Assembly: GCA_002428625.1 (NCBI GenBank)
Contig: DIXI01000011.1
Span: 1 to 64,000, forward strand
Reading direction: 5' to 3'
DNA length: 64,000 nucleotides
From: Sphaerochaeta sp. UBA6084
GTDB taxonomy: Bacteria; Spirochaetota; Spirochaetia; Sphaerochaetales; Sphaerochaetaceae
Shown here: piece after piece, positions 26,692 to 35,873 of the stretch
How positions within the stretch are numbered: position 1 is the stretch's first letter
Layout: the number at the start of each line of letters is the position of its first letter
The notes under the pieces: generated by a model
What the model saw: the letters and a program-made list of their open reading frames with translations, nothing else
Database searches by the model: none
Told to the model about the DNA's origin: nothing
Program-made: the position numbers and the translations under genes

Positions 26692-27627
26692 ATGAATACC
26701 CAGACAATCGGCGCCTCTCAGGTCTTGCTTGCAGGAGTCCTATGGGGGACGAGCGGAACCATCGCATCGTTGTTTCCTCAAAGCGCATCTCCCCTGTCGA
26801 TAGCAGCGGTACGCCTCGCAATCGGGTCTGCGGCACTGCTCGTCTTCCTCATGCTGGAAAAACGCAACCTACCCATCGCACGCAGGTCGCGGATTCCGTT
26901 TCCATTGCTCGCTATTTCAGCGGTTGGCATGGCGGTCACTCAAGTGGCGTTGTTCTTATCTGTACGACTAGCCGGGGTAACGGTCGCAACGATGATCTTC
27001 ATTGGAAGCTCCCCATTGTTCGGCGGTCTTCTCAGCATCCTGTTCCGCAAAGAACGGCAGACCCGTTCATGGATGGTTTCATCGCTTATCGTAGCAGCCG
27101 GTTGTCTCGGTATGGCTTTTTCCGAGACGATTGCACAAGGGGACTCCGCGGTTCAATCAAGACTTCTTCTGGGCAGCCTTACGGCTCTGACTGCTGGCTT
27201 TGGCTGGGCTTTGGTTGGGAATTGCATCAAAGCACTCCATGTGTATGCGTCTCCACTCAAATCCTCGGCAATCGTCATGTCTGCGGGCTCGGTTGTGCTT
27301 TTACCTTTTGCAGCCTTCGATGGGTTCGGTTGGCTCGCCCTACCCGGAAGCTTGCCTTTGACGATAGCGCTGGGACTAGTGTCCGCAGCCTTGCCGTATC
27401 TGTTCTTCAGCCTTGGGATGAAACGCATCCCGGTAGCTCACGCCTTCCTGTATGGATTGATCGAACCAATCACGGCCTCGCTTCTAGGCATGTTGATGCT
27501 GAAGGAACGACTCAATCTCACCGGGATGATCGGATACGGACTGGTGCTGGCTGGGCTTGTGTTGTTTTCGGTCTGGGCAGCAGTGACGGCCAAAGCGCAG
27601 ACGCAAGGAATACCATCAAGCCCGTGA
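26692..27627 (+). CDS. EamA/DMT-superfamily transporter
   Basis: 311 aa with about 10 TM helices and two EamA-like repeats ('LLAGVLWGTSGTIASL'). Confidence 0.8.
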   Translation: MNTQTIGASQVLLAGVLWGTSGTIASLFPQSASPLSIAAVRLAIGSAALLVFLMLEKRNLPIARRSRIPFPLLAISAVGMAVTQVALFLSVRLAGVTVATMIFIGSSPLFGGLLSILFRKERQTRSWMVSSLIVAAGCLGMAFSETIAQGDSAVQSRLLLGSLTALTAGFGWALVGNCIKALHVYASPLKSSAIVMSAGSVVLLPFAAFDGFGWLALPGSLPLTIALGLVSAALPYLFFSLGMKRIPVAHAFLYGLIEPITASLLGMLMLKERLNLTGMIGYGLVLAGLVLFSVWAAVTAKAQTQGIPSSP

Positions 27628-29502
27628 GGCCAGGTCCTCCCAACGCTCCATCTTTCGTTCTATCAAGACTCGGACTTGTTCATATCGGCGGGTTCGCTCG
27701 GCGAGGGTGAGAGGATCCGCATCGATGGCTGAGAAACCAGCCTCCAAGGAGGCGAATTCCTGCTCGAGCAGGTCAATCTCATCCAGGATTGTTTCGTATT
27801 CCTTCTTTTCCTGAAACGTAAGCCCTTTACGCTCCCGTTCGCGTTGCGGTGAGGGCCGGGTGGCCTGAGCCAGCCGGCGGACCGCCTCTTCATCCTGCCT
27901 GGTCTCCAGCTCTTGGGCCAGATAGTCGTGGTAATCGCTGAAAGTCCCGGGGAACTCGGTGATGCCACCTTCGCCATCAAAGACAAACAGAATCTCGGTG
28001 GTGCGGTCCAGGAACGCACGGTCGTGGGAGACTATCAAGGCGCATCCGGAGAAATCCAGGATATATTGCTCAAGCCGTCGGATGGTGTCGATGTCCAGGT
28101 CGTTGGTGGGTTCGTCCAGCAGCAGGAAGTTTGGGCTTCCCATAAGCATGCTCACCAGGTGCAGACGCCGACGCTCGCCTCCAGACAGAAGTCCGATCGC
28201 AATGCGATGGAATGATACGGGAAAACCGAACAATTCTAAAAACCGTGCGGCGCTGACCATCACCCCAGGGGCAATCTCAACTTGCTCGGCGATCTCCTGC
28301 ACATGCTCCAGCACCGTGATCCGGGGATTTATCTCGCGATCCAGCTGGTCGTAGTAGCCAAAAACAGTGTTCACCCCGATATCGACCATCCCCGAATCGG
28401 CCTGCACCCGCCCGCTGATCAAGTCCAGCAAGGTGGTTTTACCCGAGCCGTTCGGCCCAATCAACCCTATCTTCTGCCCGCGGTTAAAGCTATGACTGAA
28501 ATTCTTGATTACCTTATTACCATCGTAGGCTTTTGACACCATCTCCAATTCCAAAATCTTCCTGCCCAGCCGCCGATGCCCGGATGAAAACGAAGACATC
28601 TCTGTTTCAGCGTTGACAAGTGATTCCTGCATGGTCTCAATGCGTTGCTTCCGCCCAGAATCCTTACCCGTCCGAGCCCGGGGTCCGCGTTTCAGCCACT
28701 CGAGCTCACGGCGGAGGATGGTCTTGAGACGGTCCTGCTCGCTCTGCTGGTCCAGCAGCCGGGCCTCGCGCCGTTCCAAAAAGGTGGTGTAGCTCCCAGG
28801 ATAGCTGTAGCACCGTCTATTGTCGATCTCAAGGATGGAGGTGCAGAGCCGGTTGAGCACATAGCGGTCATGGGTGACCACAATCATGGTGGTATCGGAA
28901 GCGATCAGGTGGCTCTCCAGCCATTCGATGGTAGGGATATCGAGATGGTTTGTAGGTTCGTCCAGTAAAAGAAAGTCAGGCTTCGCCGCAAGGATACGTG
29001 CTATGGCGGCTTTTTTCTGCAATCCTCCGGAAAGGGTGTCCATCCGGTCGGTTAGCGCAGGTCCGTTCAATTCGCTCAACAAGGAGACGTAACCGGTTTC
29101 CACATCCCAACAACCCGCGTTCTCCATCTTCTCCATCAAGTGATGCAGGCGTTGCTGCGCTCCTTTCTGATGGTTCGAGACCTCATGCAGGACTGCATGG
29201 TATTCCTTCAGCAGTAAAAGCCGCGGATGGTCACCGTTTAGGAGATAGTCGCCCACTGTCGCGCCAGGTGCGAATGAAACACCCTGGGTAAGCAGGGACA
29301 TGGTCATCTCGCGGCTGCGGGCGATGGTTCCGCTATCGGATTCCAGATCCCCGCACAACACACGGAGAAAAGTGGTTTTACCTGAGCCATTGCGCCCGAT
29401 AAGGCCTAGACGCTCGCCCTTTTCCATACCGAAGGTCACATCCTGAAACAGAGGTTCATCTTTGAGGGTCTTGGAGATATTCTCCACCGAAAGGACAATC
29501 AT
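27616..29502 (-). CDS. ABC-F family ATPase (tandem ABC domains, no TMD; EttA/Uup-like)
   Basis: Two Walker A motifs ('GRNGSGKTT', 'GPNGSGKTT'), two signature motifs ('LSGGLQKK', 'LSGGERRR') and a C-terminal coiled-coil. The start was chosen at 'MIVLSVENISK'. The longest ORF extends to 29574. Confidence 0.85.
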   Translation of the reverse strand: MIVLSVENISKTLKDEPLFQDVTFGMEKGERLGLIGRNGSGKTTFLRVLCGDLESDSGTIARSREMTMSLLTQGVSFAPGATVGDYLLNGDHPRLLLLKEYHAVLHEVSNHQKGAQQRLHHLMEKMENAGCWDVETGYVSLLSELNGPALTDRMDTLSGGLQKKAAIARILAAKPDFLLLDEPTNHLDIPTIEWLESHLIASDTTMIVVTHDRYVLNRLCTSILEIDNRRCYSYPGSYTTFLERREARLLDQQSEQDRLKTILRRELEWLKRGPRARTGKDSGRKQRIETMQESLVNAETEMSSFSSGHRRLGRKILELEMVSKAYDGNKVIKNFSHSFNRGQKIGLIGPNGSGKTTLLDLISGRVQADSGMVDIGVNTVFGYYDQLDREINPRITVLEHVQEIAEQVEIAPGVMVSAARFLELFGFPVSFHRIAIGLLSGGERRRLHLVSMLMGSPNFLLLDEPTNDLDIDTIRRLEQYILDFSGCALIVSHDRAFLDRTTEILFVFDGEGGITEFPGTFSDYHDYLAQELETRQDEEAVRRLAQATRPSPQRERERKGLTFQEKKEYETILDEIDLLEQEFASLEAGFSAIDADPLTLAERTRRYEQVRVLIERKMERWEDLASRA

Positions 29503-29617
29503 GAGGCAACAGTAGCCGATTTCACCTCTAATGGCAATCGCCGTCATCGTAAGGACCGCGGCATCCTCGATCACGCGGGAGGAGACCAGCGGTCCTTTGG
29601 GAAATCATGGAATGGAT

Positions 29618-29797
29618 TTAGATATCTCGCTCGCGTTCGTCATCGGTTTCCTCGATAAAGGTTTCCTGATGGTCGATGGCGACCGGATTCTTCTTGACAG
29701 GTTTCTTTTTGGCAGGGAATAGATTCCCTCCGCCCCAATCTGGATCACGCTCATAGTCAGGACTCCGTCTGATGGTATCCCTCGATCCTCTTCTCAT
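29618..29797 (-). CDS. small hydrophilic protein (59 aa) immediately upstream of the ABC-F gene; not in the supplied ORF track
   Basis: ATG at 29797 is preceded by a strong RBS 'AAGGAGtgaagg'. Translation: MRRGSRDTIRRSPDYERDPDWGGGNLFPAKKKPVKKNPVAIDHQETFIEETDDERERDI. Same strand as the ABC-F gene. Confidence 0.3.
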   Translation of the reverse strand: MRRGSRDTIRRSPDYERDPDWGGGNLFPAKKKPVKKNPVAIDHQETFIEETDDERERDI

Positions 29798-29851
29798 CCT
29801 TCACTCCTTCAGCACCCATTACTTTCAGGGGCTCTTGCTCCGTAAGCTGGA

Positions 29852-30277
29852 CTATCGCACGACTTCGTAAGGCCAGTCGATGATTCCACCAAAATCATAC
29901 ACCTGAGTGTAGCCAAGAGCCACTAGTTTTTTAGCAGCTTGACCACTTCTGCTTCCACTTCGGCAATACACCAGAACAACCGCGTTGAGATCGGTCAAAG
30001 CAGTCGGACGTGCCGTGGTGGTGATGGTCTCGTTTGGAATCAGAATCGCACCTTCGATATGGCCTTGGGCGTATTCCGCTTCCGTGCGTACATCGAGGAT
30101 TGTGACTGTCTTATCAGCCATCATGGCTTTGGCTTCCTGCGGTGAGATCTTCCTATATTGAGCCCGCGCGACAGGAGCTGGCGCGCCAACCGCTGCCTCG
30201 GGTTTTGATTGGCCTGCGCATCCGGCTACTATCAATACAAGAGCCAATACGCCAAGGCCTAAAAGTACTTTTCCCAT
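29852..30277 (-). CDS. rhodanese-domain lipoprotein (sulfurtransferase-like)
   Basis: A signal peptide with lipobox 'LIVAGC' and the rhodanese active-site loop 'YCRSGSRSGQAAKKL'. Confidence 0.75.
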   Translation of the reverse strand: MGKVLLGLGVLALVLIVAGCAGQSKPEAAVGAPAPVARAQYRKISPQEAKAMMADKTVTILDVRTEAEYAQGHIEGAILIPNETITTTARPTALTDLNAVVLVYCRSGSRSGQAAKKLVALGYTQVYDFGGIIDWPYEVVR

Positions 30278-30412
30278 GGAATCCTCCGTGGCATATAATA
30301 TCCTATCCAGAGCAACCTATCGTCAAGGGGTGTTGCGATTCACGCCGATTCCTGCATTTCAGCAGTTGACAATTGTACTAATACACTAGTACAATTATAC
30401 AAGGAGCAGGCA

Positions 30413-30832
30413 ATGAAGGAAGAACGGACGCGACAGCTGGAATTCTCATTGGATGAGAAAAGCGGGATACCCTATTACAAACAGATAATCCTGCAAGTTG
30501 AGATGGCGATCGCCGACGGACGCTTGAGCAAAGGCTCGCAACTACCTACTGTGCGCAGCCTTGCAGTGGACCTGAGCATCAATCCCAACACCGTGGCAAG
30601 GGCCTATAGCGAGATGGAGATACGCGAGATCGTGTACACCCAGCAAGGGTCTGGCACCTTCATCAGTGAGAAGGAAATCACCATCGATGCCATCGAACGG
30701 GAGCGGATACTCACCGAAATCACCCGCTCCTACATCACCAAGGCCTCTTCGTACGGAATCACGCTGGAAGAGATCATCCGGCATATCAAGGAACTAGGTC
30801 CAGATACTACCCAGGAGAGAGGAAACCTATGA
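30413..30832 (+). CDS. GntR-family transcriptional regulator, short YtrA-like subfamily
   Basis: 139 aa. The GntR wHTH 'GSQLPTVRSLAVDLSINPNTVARAYSEME' with a short C-terminal domain is typical of YtrA-type regulators of ABC transporter operons. ATGA overlap with the next gene. Confidence 0.75.
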   Translation: MKEERTRQLEFSLDEKSGIPYYKQIILQVEMAIADGRLSKGSQLPTVRSLAVDLSINPNTVARAYSEMEIREIVYTQQGSGTFISEKEITIDAIERERILTEITRSYITKASSYGITLEEIIRHIKELGPDTTQERGNL

Positions 30833-31941
30833 ATCTATTTCAAAAAAAATTCAATCGGATCAAAAATCTGCAGAGCTTCACTCTGCACACAGACTTTGGC
30901 TATAGCGCTATCTCGTTCGTGGTGCTCGCCCTCTTCATGGGGGTTGGCAGCGCGCTGCAGTTGTGGTTGATGCCCTCGGTTCCGCTGCTCCTGGTGGTGG
31001 AACTGGCAGTTGGAATCCTGGTAGCCGCCATGATGGTCACGATTCTTCCAATGTGGATCACCATCGTTCAGCTCATCATCATCCTGTGGCTGATGGTCCT
31101 GGGCTTTCTCGGCACCGCGCTGTACCCGATGACCATCGCCGGTAGCGTAGGACTGGTAGCTTCGGCCTCCTTCCAGCTCATCCAACAGTGGGACAAGGTG
31201 ATCATCCTCCGGATGGGAAAGTTCCGTAAAGTCCATGGCCCTGGCTTGTTCATCCTCATCCCCCTGATCGATCGGATCGCGGAATTCGTGGATACCCGTA
31301 TCCGGGCCACCGATTTCAGCGCCGAGAAAACCCTCACCCGCGACACTGTCCCCGTGCACGTCGATGCGTTGGCTTTCTGGATGATCTGGGACGCGAAGCA
31401 AGCAATCCTTGAGGTGGAGAACTATATCGAAGCGGTCATCCTCTCCGCCCAGACCGCACTAAGGGATTCTATCGGCAAGCACGACCTTTCCTCGCTGCTT
31501 TCCGAACGGGAGGAACTGGGACGCGAGATTCAGCTGGCGCTCGATGCCAAAACCAATCCCTGGGGGGTGAGCATCCTGTCCATCGAGATCACCGATATCA
31601 TCATACCGAAAGAACTCGAGGACGCCCTGAGCAAGCAGGCGCAGGCCGAGCGAGAGAAGCAGTCGCGTGTGATTCTCGCTGCAGCCGAAGTCGAGATAGC
31701 CAAGCAGTTCGAGGAAGCGGCAGTACGCTATCAGACCAACCCAGTGGCGTTGCAGCTGCGGTCCATGAACATGGTGTACGAAGGAATCAGGCAGAACAAT
31801 TCCATGATGCTCATGCCGGCGTCGATATTGGATTCCATGAATTTTGGAGCGGTGATGGGAACCGCAGCTATGCAGAAGGTCCAAGCCACGCAGCAGGATA
31901 AGCCAAACGCGGCTTTAGATATCAAGGAAGGTGACAAATGA
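30829..31941 (+). CDS. SPFH/band-7 (stomatin/prohibitin-like) membrane protein
   Basis: About 100 aa of N-terminal TM helices are followed by the SPFH domain ('VIILRMGKFRKVHGPGLFILIPLIDRIAEFVDTRI') and a coiled-coil ('KQAQAEREKQSRVILAAAEVEIAKQ'). Confidence 0.75.
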   Translation: MNLFQKKFNRIKNLQSFTLHTDFGYSAISFVVLALFMGVGSALQLWLMPSVPLLLVVELAVGILVAAMMVTILPMWITIVQLIIILWLMVLGFLGTALYPMTIAGSVGLVASASFQLIQQWDKVIILRMGKFRKVHGPGLFILIPLIDRIAEFVDTRIRATDFSAEKTLTRDTVPVHVDALAFWMIWDAKQAILEVENYIEAVILSAQTALRDSIGKHDLSSLLSEREELGREIQLALDAKTNPWGVSILSIEITDIIIPKELEDALSKQAQAEREKQSRVILAAAEVEIAKQFEEAAVRYQTNPVALQLRSMNMVYEGIRQNNSMMLMPASILDSMNFGAVMGTAAMQKVQATQQDKPNAALDIKEGDK

Positions 31942-32621
31942 TTAAAGTGGAACAGGTGGTCCGTGACTACCAAGCAGGAGAAACTGTCGTGAAAGCCCTT
32001 AAAGGAGTGTCGTTGGAGATCGGGGATGGCGAATTCGTTTCGATCGCCGGGCCCTCAGGTTCCGGCAAGACCACTCTGTTGAATCTCATCGGATGCATCG
32101 ACGCGCTCGATTCAGGTGAGATTCTAATCGATGGCGTAAAGGTGACTTCGATGGACAAGAAAGAGAAAACCACCTACCGCCGCAACAATCTCGGCTTCAT
32201 CTTCCAGACCTACAATCTCATCCCGGTGCTGTCCGCCTATGAGAACGTCTCGTTCGTGCTATCAATCCTGAACCTGCCCGAAGCTGAAATCCACCAGAGA
32301 ACCATGGCGATTCTACGTGAAGTAGGCCTGCAGGGGATGGAGGACCGCCGCCCTTCGCGCTTATCGGGAGGCCAGCAGCAGAGAATCGCCATAGCCCGCG
32401 CCTTGGTCAAGAATCCCCGTATCGTCCTAGCCGATGAACCTACCGCCAACCTAGATTCAAAGACCGGACAGGAGATACTCAAGTTGATGAAGGCGATGAA
32501 CGAGAAGTACCATACCACCTTCATCTTCTCCACCCATGACCAGATGGTGATGGACTTCGCCGACCGGCTCATCCTGCTCCATGATGGGAATATCATCAGC
32601 GATGAGAGGAGGTCGGTGTGA
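31938..32621 (+). CDS. ABC transporter ATP-binding protein (MacB/LolD-type)
   Basis: Walker A 'GPSGSGKTT', signature 'LSGGQQQRIAIARAL', Walker B 'ILADEPT'. ATGA overlaps on both sides. Confidence 0.9.
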   Translation: MIKVEQVVRDYQAGETVVKALKGVSLEIGDGEFVSIAGPSGSGKTTLLNLIGCIDALDSGEILIDGVKVTSMDKKEKTTYRRNNLGFIFQTYNLIPVLSAYENVSFVLSILNLPEAEIHQRTMAILREVGLQGMEDRRPSRLSGGQQQRIAIARALVKNPRIVLADEPTANLDSKTGQEILKLMKAMNEKYHTTFIFSTHDQMVMDFADRLILLHDGNIISDERRSV

Positions 32622-33871
32622 AGTTCATCGTAGAACTGGCTTTGAAGAATCTCGCCAGGTACAAACGGCGCACCATCATCACCGCCATCGCAATCGCGGT
32701 TGGGTTGATGATGTATATCATCGTGGATTCCATGCTCATCGGCGCCGAATATGAATCCATGCGCAACCTGAGGTGGTACGAGACCTCCTCCGCCCGCATC
32801 CTGGATAGCGGGTATTGGGAAAACCGGATGCAACTGCCTTTGGATAAGAATATCGCGCAGCCGTATCGGATAATCGAGGAACTGCGCGACGAGGGATTCG
32901 TCGGGACGCCACGCACGACCTTTTCAGCCGACATGATCCTCTCCAGCGAGGATTTCGGCGAGGAGGGCAATCTACCGGTGCTGATCACGGCAATCGACCC
33001 CCGCACAGACAACGATGTCTTCCGCTTTGAAGACACCTTGATAGAAGGAAGGTTTCTGCGGCCAGGCGAGGATGCGGTTGTCCTCGGTTCCTGGTTCGCG
33101 GAAGACCTCGGTGCGAAGGTGGGCTACTGGGTGACGTTGGTGACCCGTGGGAATGGTGGTTTCTACGAAGCCATGGACCTGCAGGTCGTTGGAATCGTGA
33201 ATTGTCCTAATCCGAATGTCAACCGCACCTTGGTGATGATGCCGATCGATACCGCGGGGGATTACCTGGCGATGGACGGCGCGGCTACCGAGATCAACAT
33301 CCTTCTGCCCGACTCCAAGGACGCGAATGGATACCTCGTGGAAATACAGAGCATCATCGACCAATCCGATGACAACCTTGCGGTCTATAGCTGGGAAGCG
33401 CTGGCCAAGGATTATCTCGCAATCGCCGAGGCGAAACGCGGAGGAACCGGTGTAATCCTGTTTTTAGTATTCATCATCGCGGCAGTTGGTATCTCCAACA
33501 CCATGCTGATGGCGATTTATGAACGCATTCGGGAGCTGGGGATGATGCGGGCCCTTGGTATGACCGATTCGGCCATCCACATGGCCTTCATCATCGAAGC
33601 TGGCGGCATCGGCCTCATCGGGTCCATCTTCGGTGTCATCTTCGGGGCTTTCGGGAATTTCTTTCTGGTGAACTACGGCATTAACTTCGGGATGATCATG
33701 CGCGATATGGACATGGGCTACCGCATCCAAAGCGTGCTGAAGGGGGCATGGAATCCGAGCGCGATCATCATCGCCTTTCTCGCAGGATTCATACTTTCCA
33801 TGCTGGTAGCGTGGATACCCACCCGCAGAGCGCTGAAGATGGACATTCCCGCCTGCCTGAGACACCAATAG
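32618..33871 (+). CDS. ABC transporter permease, FtsX-like (MacB/LolC/E-type) with a large periplasmic domain
   Basis: 417 aa. One N-terminal TM, a ~230 aa periplasmic region, then three C-terminal TMs of the FtsX fold. Confidence 0.8.
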   Translation: MKFIVELALKNLARYKRRTIITAIAIAVGLMMYIIVDSMLIGAEYESMRNLRWYETSSARILDSGYWENRMQLPLDKNIAQPYRIIEELRDEGFVGTPRTTFSADMILSSEDFGEEGNLPVLITAIDPRTDNDVFRFEDTLIEGRFLRPGEDAVVLGSWFAEDLGAKVGYWVTLVTRGNGGFYEAMDLQVVGIVNCPNPNVNRTLVMMPIDTAGDYLAMDGAATEINILLPDSKDANGYLVEIQSIIDQSDDNLAVYSWEALAKDYLAIAEAKRGGTGVILFLVFIIAAVGISNTMLMAIYERIRELGMMRALGMTDSAIHMAFIIEAGGIGLIGSIFGVIFGAFGNFFLVNYGINFGMIMRDMDMGYRIQSVLKGAWNPSAIIIAFLAGFILSMLVAWIPTRRALKMDIPACLRHQ

Positions 33872-33880
33872 GAGCGCATC

Positions 33881-35116
33881 ATGAAGATGAAATTGACACG
33901 CGTCGCTTTTCGCAACCTCTCACGAAACCTCAGAAGATCGATCCTCTCAGGCAGCGCGATAGCGGTATCGGCCTTGAGCATCGTCATGCTGTTCGGACTC
34001 ATCATGGGGATGCGGGACGATATGGCGCAGAATCTCAAAATGTTCTATAGCGGCGAGATCAGCATCCGCCACGCACAGTATGAGGAATTCGAGCGGTACA
34101 ACCCCATCCACCTTACCGTCGACTGGAAGGCGGTTGAACCCGTGCTGCAGCAGAATCCAGCGCTTGAAGCGATAGTGCCCCGTATCAACTTCCCCGCCAG
34201 CCTCTATATCAACGGCGGCAACCATCCCGTATTAGGAGTAGGTGCGGATTTTGAGCGGGAGAAAAGCCTGATCGACCTGACTGCGATTGTACGGCAAGGC
34301 CGGATACCCTCCCTGGGGGCGAATGAAATGCTCATTGGCGCCACCCTTGCGAGAGACCTCAACCTCAAACTAGGAGACAGCGTCACGATGCTTTCGACCA
34401 CCGCAGCCCGGGGAAGCAACGCCATCACTTGGAAAGTAGTAGGTCTGGCGGTATTTCCGCTTAGCGCGCTGAACGCGAAGTATGTTTGGGTTCCTATCGA
34501 CAGAGCCCAGTATTTCCTACGGATGGGAACCGATGTGCAGGATATCCTGATGATGGTGAAGTCCGGGTATGATGAGAAGGCTCTCGCGGTGGAAATACAA
34601 GCGGAAATTCAACAGGCGACCGGCACGCTCACCGATGTCCAGACCTGGAAGCAGCTGAATGATTTCTACAGCCTGCTCGAAGTCGCGCAGTATCTGTACT
34701 ACCTGATCGGGATCTTTTTCTTCTTGCTCGGCAGCACGGTGATCATCAACACCACCATGATGGTGATCTATGAACGCATGCGGGAAATTGGCACGCTCAG
34801 TGCGCTCGGCATGCAGGGCAGCGAGCTCACCCGTCTGTTTTTTCTCGAAGGAGCGATCGTGAGTGCTATCGGGGCGGCAGTAGGGGTGGCCTGCGGCATG
34901 CTGATCACGTGGTATCTGAGCAAAGCGGGTCTGGATTTCACCGACGCCATGAGCGGGATAGATATTGAGATATCCTCGGTGCTGTACCCAAAACTAAATC
35001 TATGGACGGCGCTTTTTGTCTACGTCTATGCAGTGGTCGTCTCTTCTACCGCCACGTTGATCCCGTCACGACGCGCAGCCCGCATCGAGCCTGTCGAGGC
35101 TCTCAGATACATCTAG
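33881..35116 (+). CDS. ABC transporter permease, FtsX-like (second copy)
   Basis: 411 aa with the same topology as the preceding gene. RBS 'ggagcg' precedes the ATG. Confidence 0.8.
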   Translation: MKMKLTRVAFRNLSRNLRRSILSGSAIAVSALSIVMLFGLIMGMRDDMAQNLKMFYSGEISIRHAQYEEFERYNPIHLTVDWKAVEPVLQQNPALEAIVPRINFPASLYINGGNHPVLGVGADFEREKSLIDLTAIVRQGRIPSLGANEMLIGATLARDLNLKLGDSVTMLSTTAARGSNAITWKVVGLAVFPLSALNAKYVWVPIDRAQYFLRMGTDVQDILMMVKSGYDEKALAVEIQAEIQQATGTLTDVQTWKQLNDFYSLLEVAQYLYYLIGIFFFLLGSTVIINTTMMVIYERMREIGTLSALGMQGSELTRLFFLEGAIVSAIGAAVGVACGMLITWYLSKAGLDFTDAMSGIDIEISSVLYPKLNLWTALFVYVYAVVVSSTATLIPSRRAARIEPVEALRYI

Positions 35117-35126
35117 GAGTGCCTGT

Positions 35127-35864
35127 ATGAAACGAATATTCTTGATCATCATCATCCTGATAGCGCTGATTCCCTTCGCACTGTCAGCCATCACCGTCGA
35201 GGAGATCATCAACCGTATGGATGCCGCGGAAACTTTCTCCACCTCCTTTTCCCGGGGTGAGATCCTGAGCACCGACCGATTCGGTCAAAAAACCAGTACG
35301 TTCAATGCATGGGCACGAGGAGCTGACGAATCGTTGATTGAATTCACCAGCGTAGCGGAGAGAGGGCAGAAAGTCCTTCGCACCAAGGGAGAAATCTATC
35401 TCTTTTATCCCGATGCGCAGGAACTCATCAGGCTCCAAGGCGCGGCCTTGCGGCAATCCCTGTTGGGGAGCGATATCTCGTACGAGGACATGACGGGAGA
35501 GAAAAACACACTTGCCCAATACACCGCAACCATTGAGGGACAGGAATCCATAGGTGGACGGTTTTGCCATATCATCACCATGGTCGCGAAAAGTCGGACG
35601 GTGGCCTATCCGGTGCAGAAGATTTGGGTGGATATGGAGACCTTCATGGTCTGGAAGGCACAGTATTCCACGCAGAACGGCCGGTTGCTGAAGGAGATGG
35701 AGGTACTGGGGACAATGGAGGTGGATGGACGCATCCTACCCTCGCGGACCGCGGTCTCGGATAAATTGAAGAAAGATTCCAAAACCATCATGGTACTTAC
35801 GGAAATGCAGATCGACCCACCCCTCGATCCGAGCATCTTCAGTTTGCAAAACCTCACCTGGTAG
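35127..35864 (+). CDS. LolA-like outer-membrane lipoprotein-sorting / carrier-like protein
   Basis: 245 aa with a signal peptide. Similarity to 'outer membrane lipoprotein-sorting protein' (LolA-fold) genes that typically follow FtsX-type ABC permeases. Confidence 0.55.
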   Translation: MKRIFLIIIILIALIPFALSAITVEEIINRMDAAETFSTSFSRGEILSTDRFGQKTSTFNAWARGADESLIEFTSVAERGQKVLRTKGEIYLFYPDAQELIRLQGAALRQSLLGSDISYEDMTGEKNTLAQYTATIEGQESIGGRFCHIITMVAKSRTVAYPVQKIWVDMETFMVWKAQYSTQNGRLLKEMEVLGTMEVDGRILPSRTAVSDKLKKDSKTIMVLTEMQIDPPLDPSIFSLQNLTW

Positions 35865-35873
35865 GAGCACCCC

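Noticed and set aside
29531-29722. 63-aa plus-strand ORF overlapping the ABC-F start region
   Set aside because: It overlaps the 5' end of the ABC-F gene and the better-supported minus-strand 59-aa ORF. It has no RBS and a low-complexity sequence.
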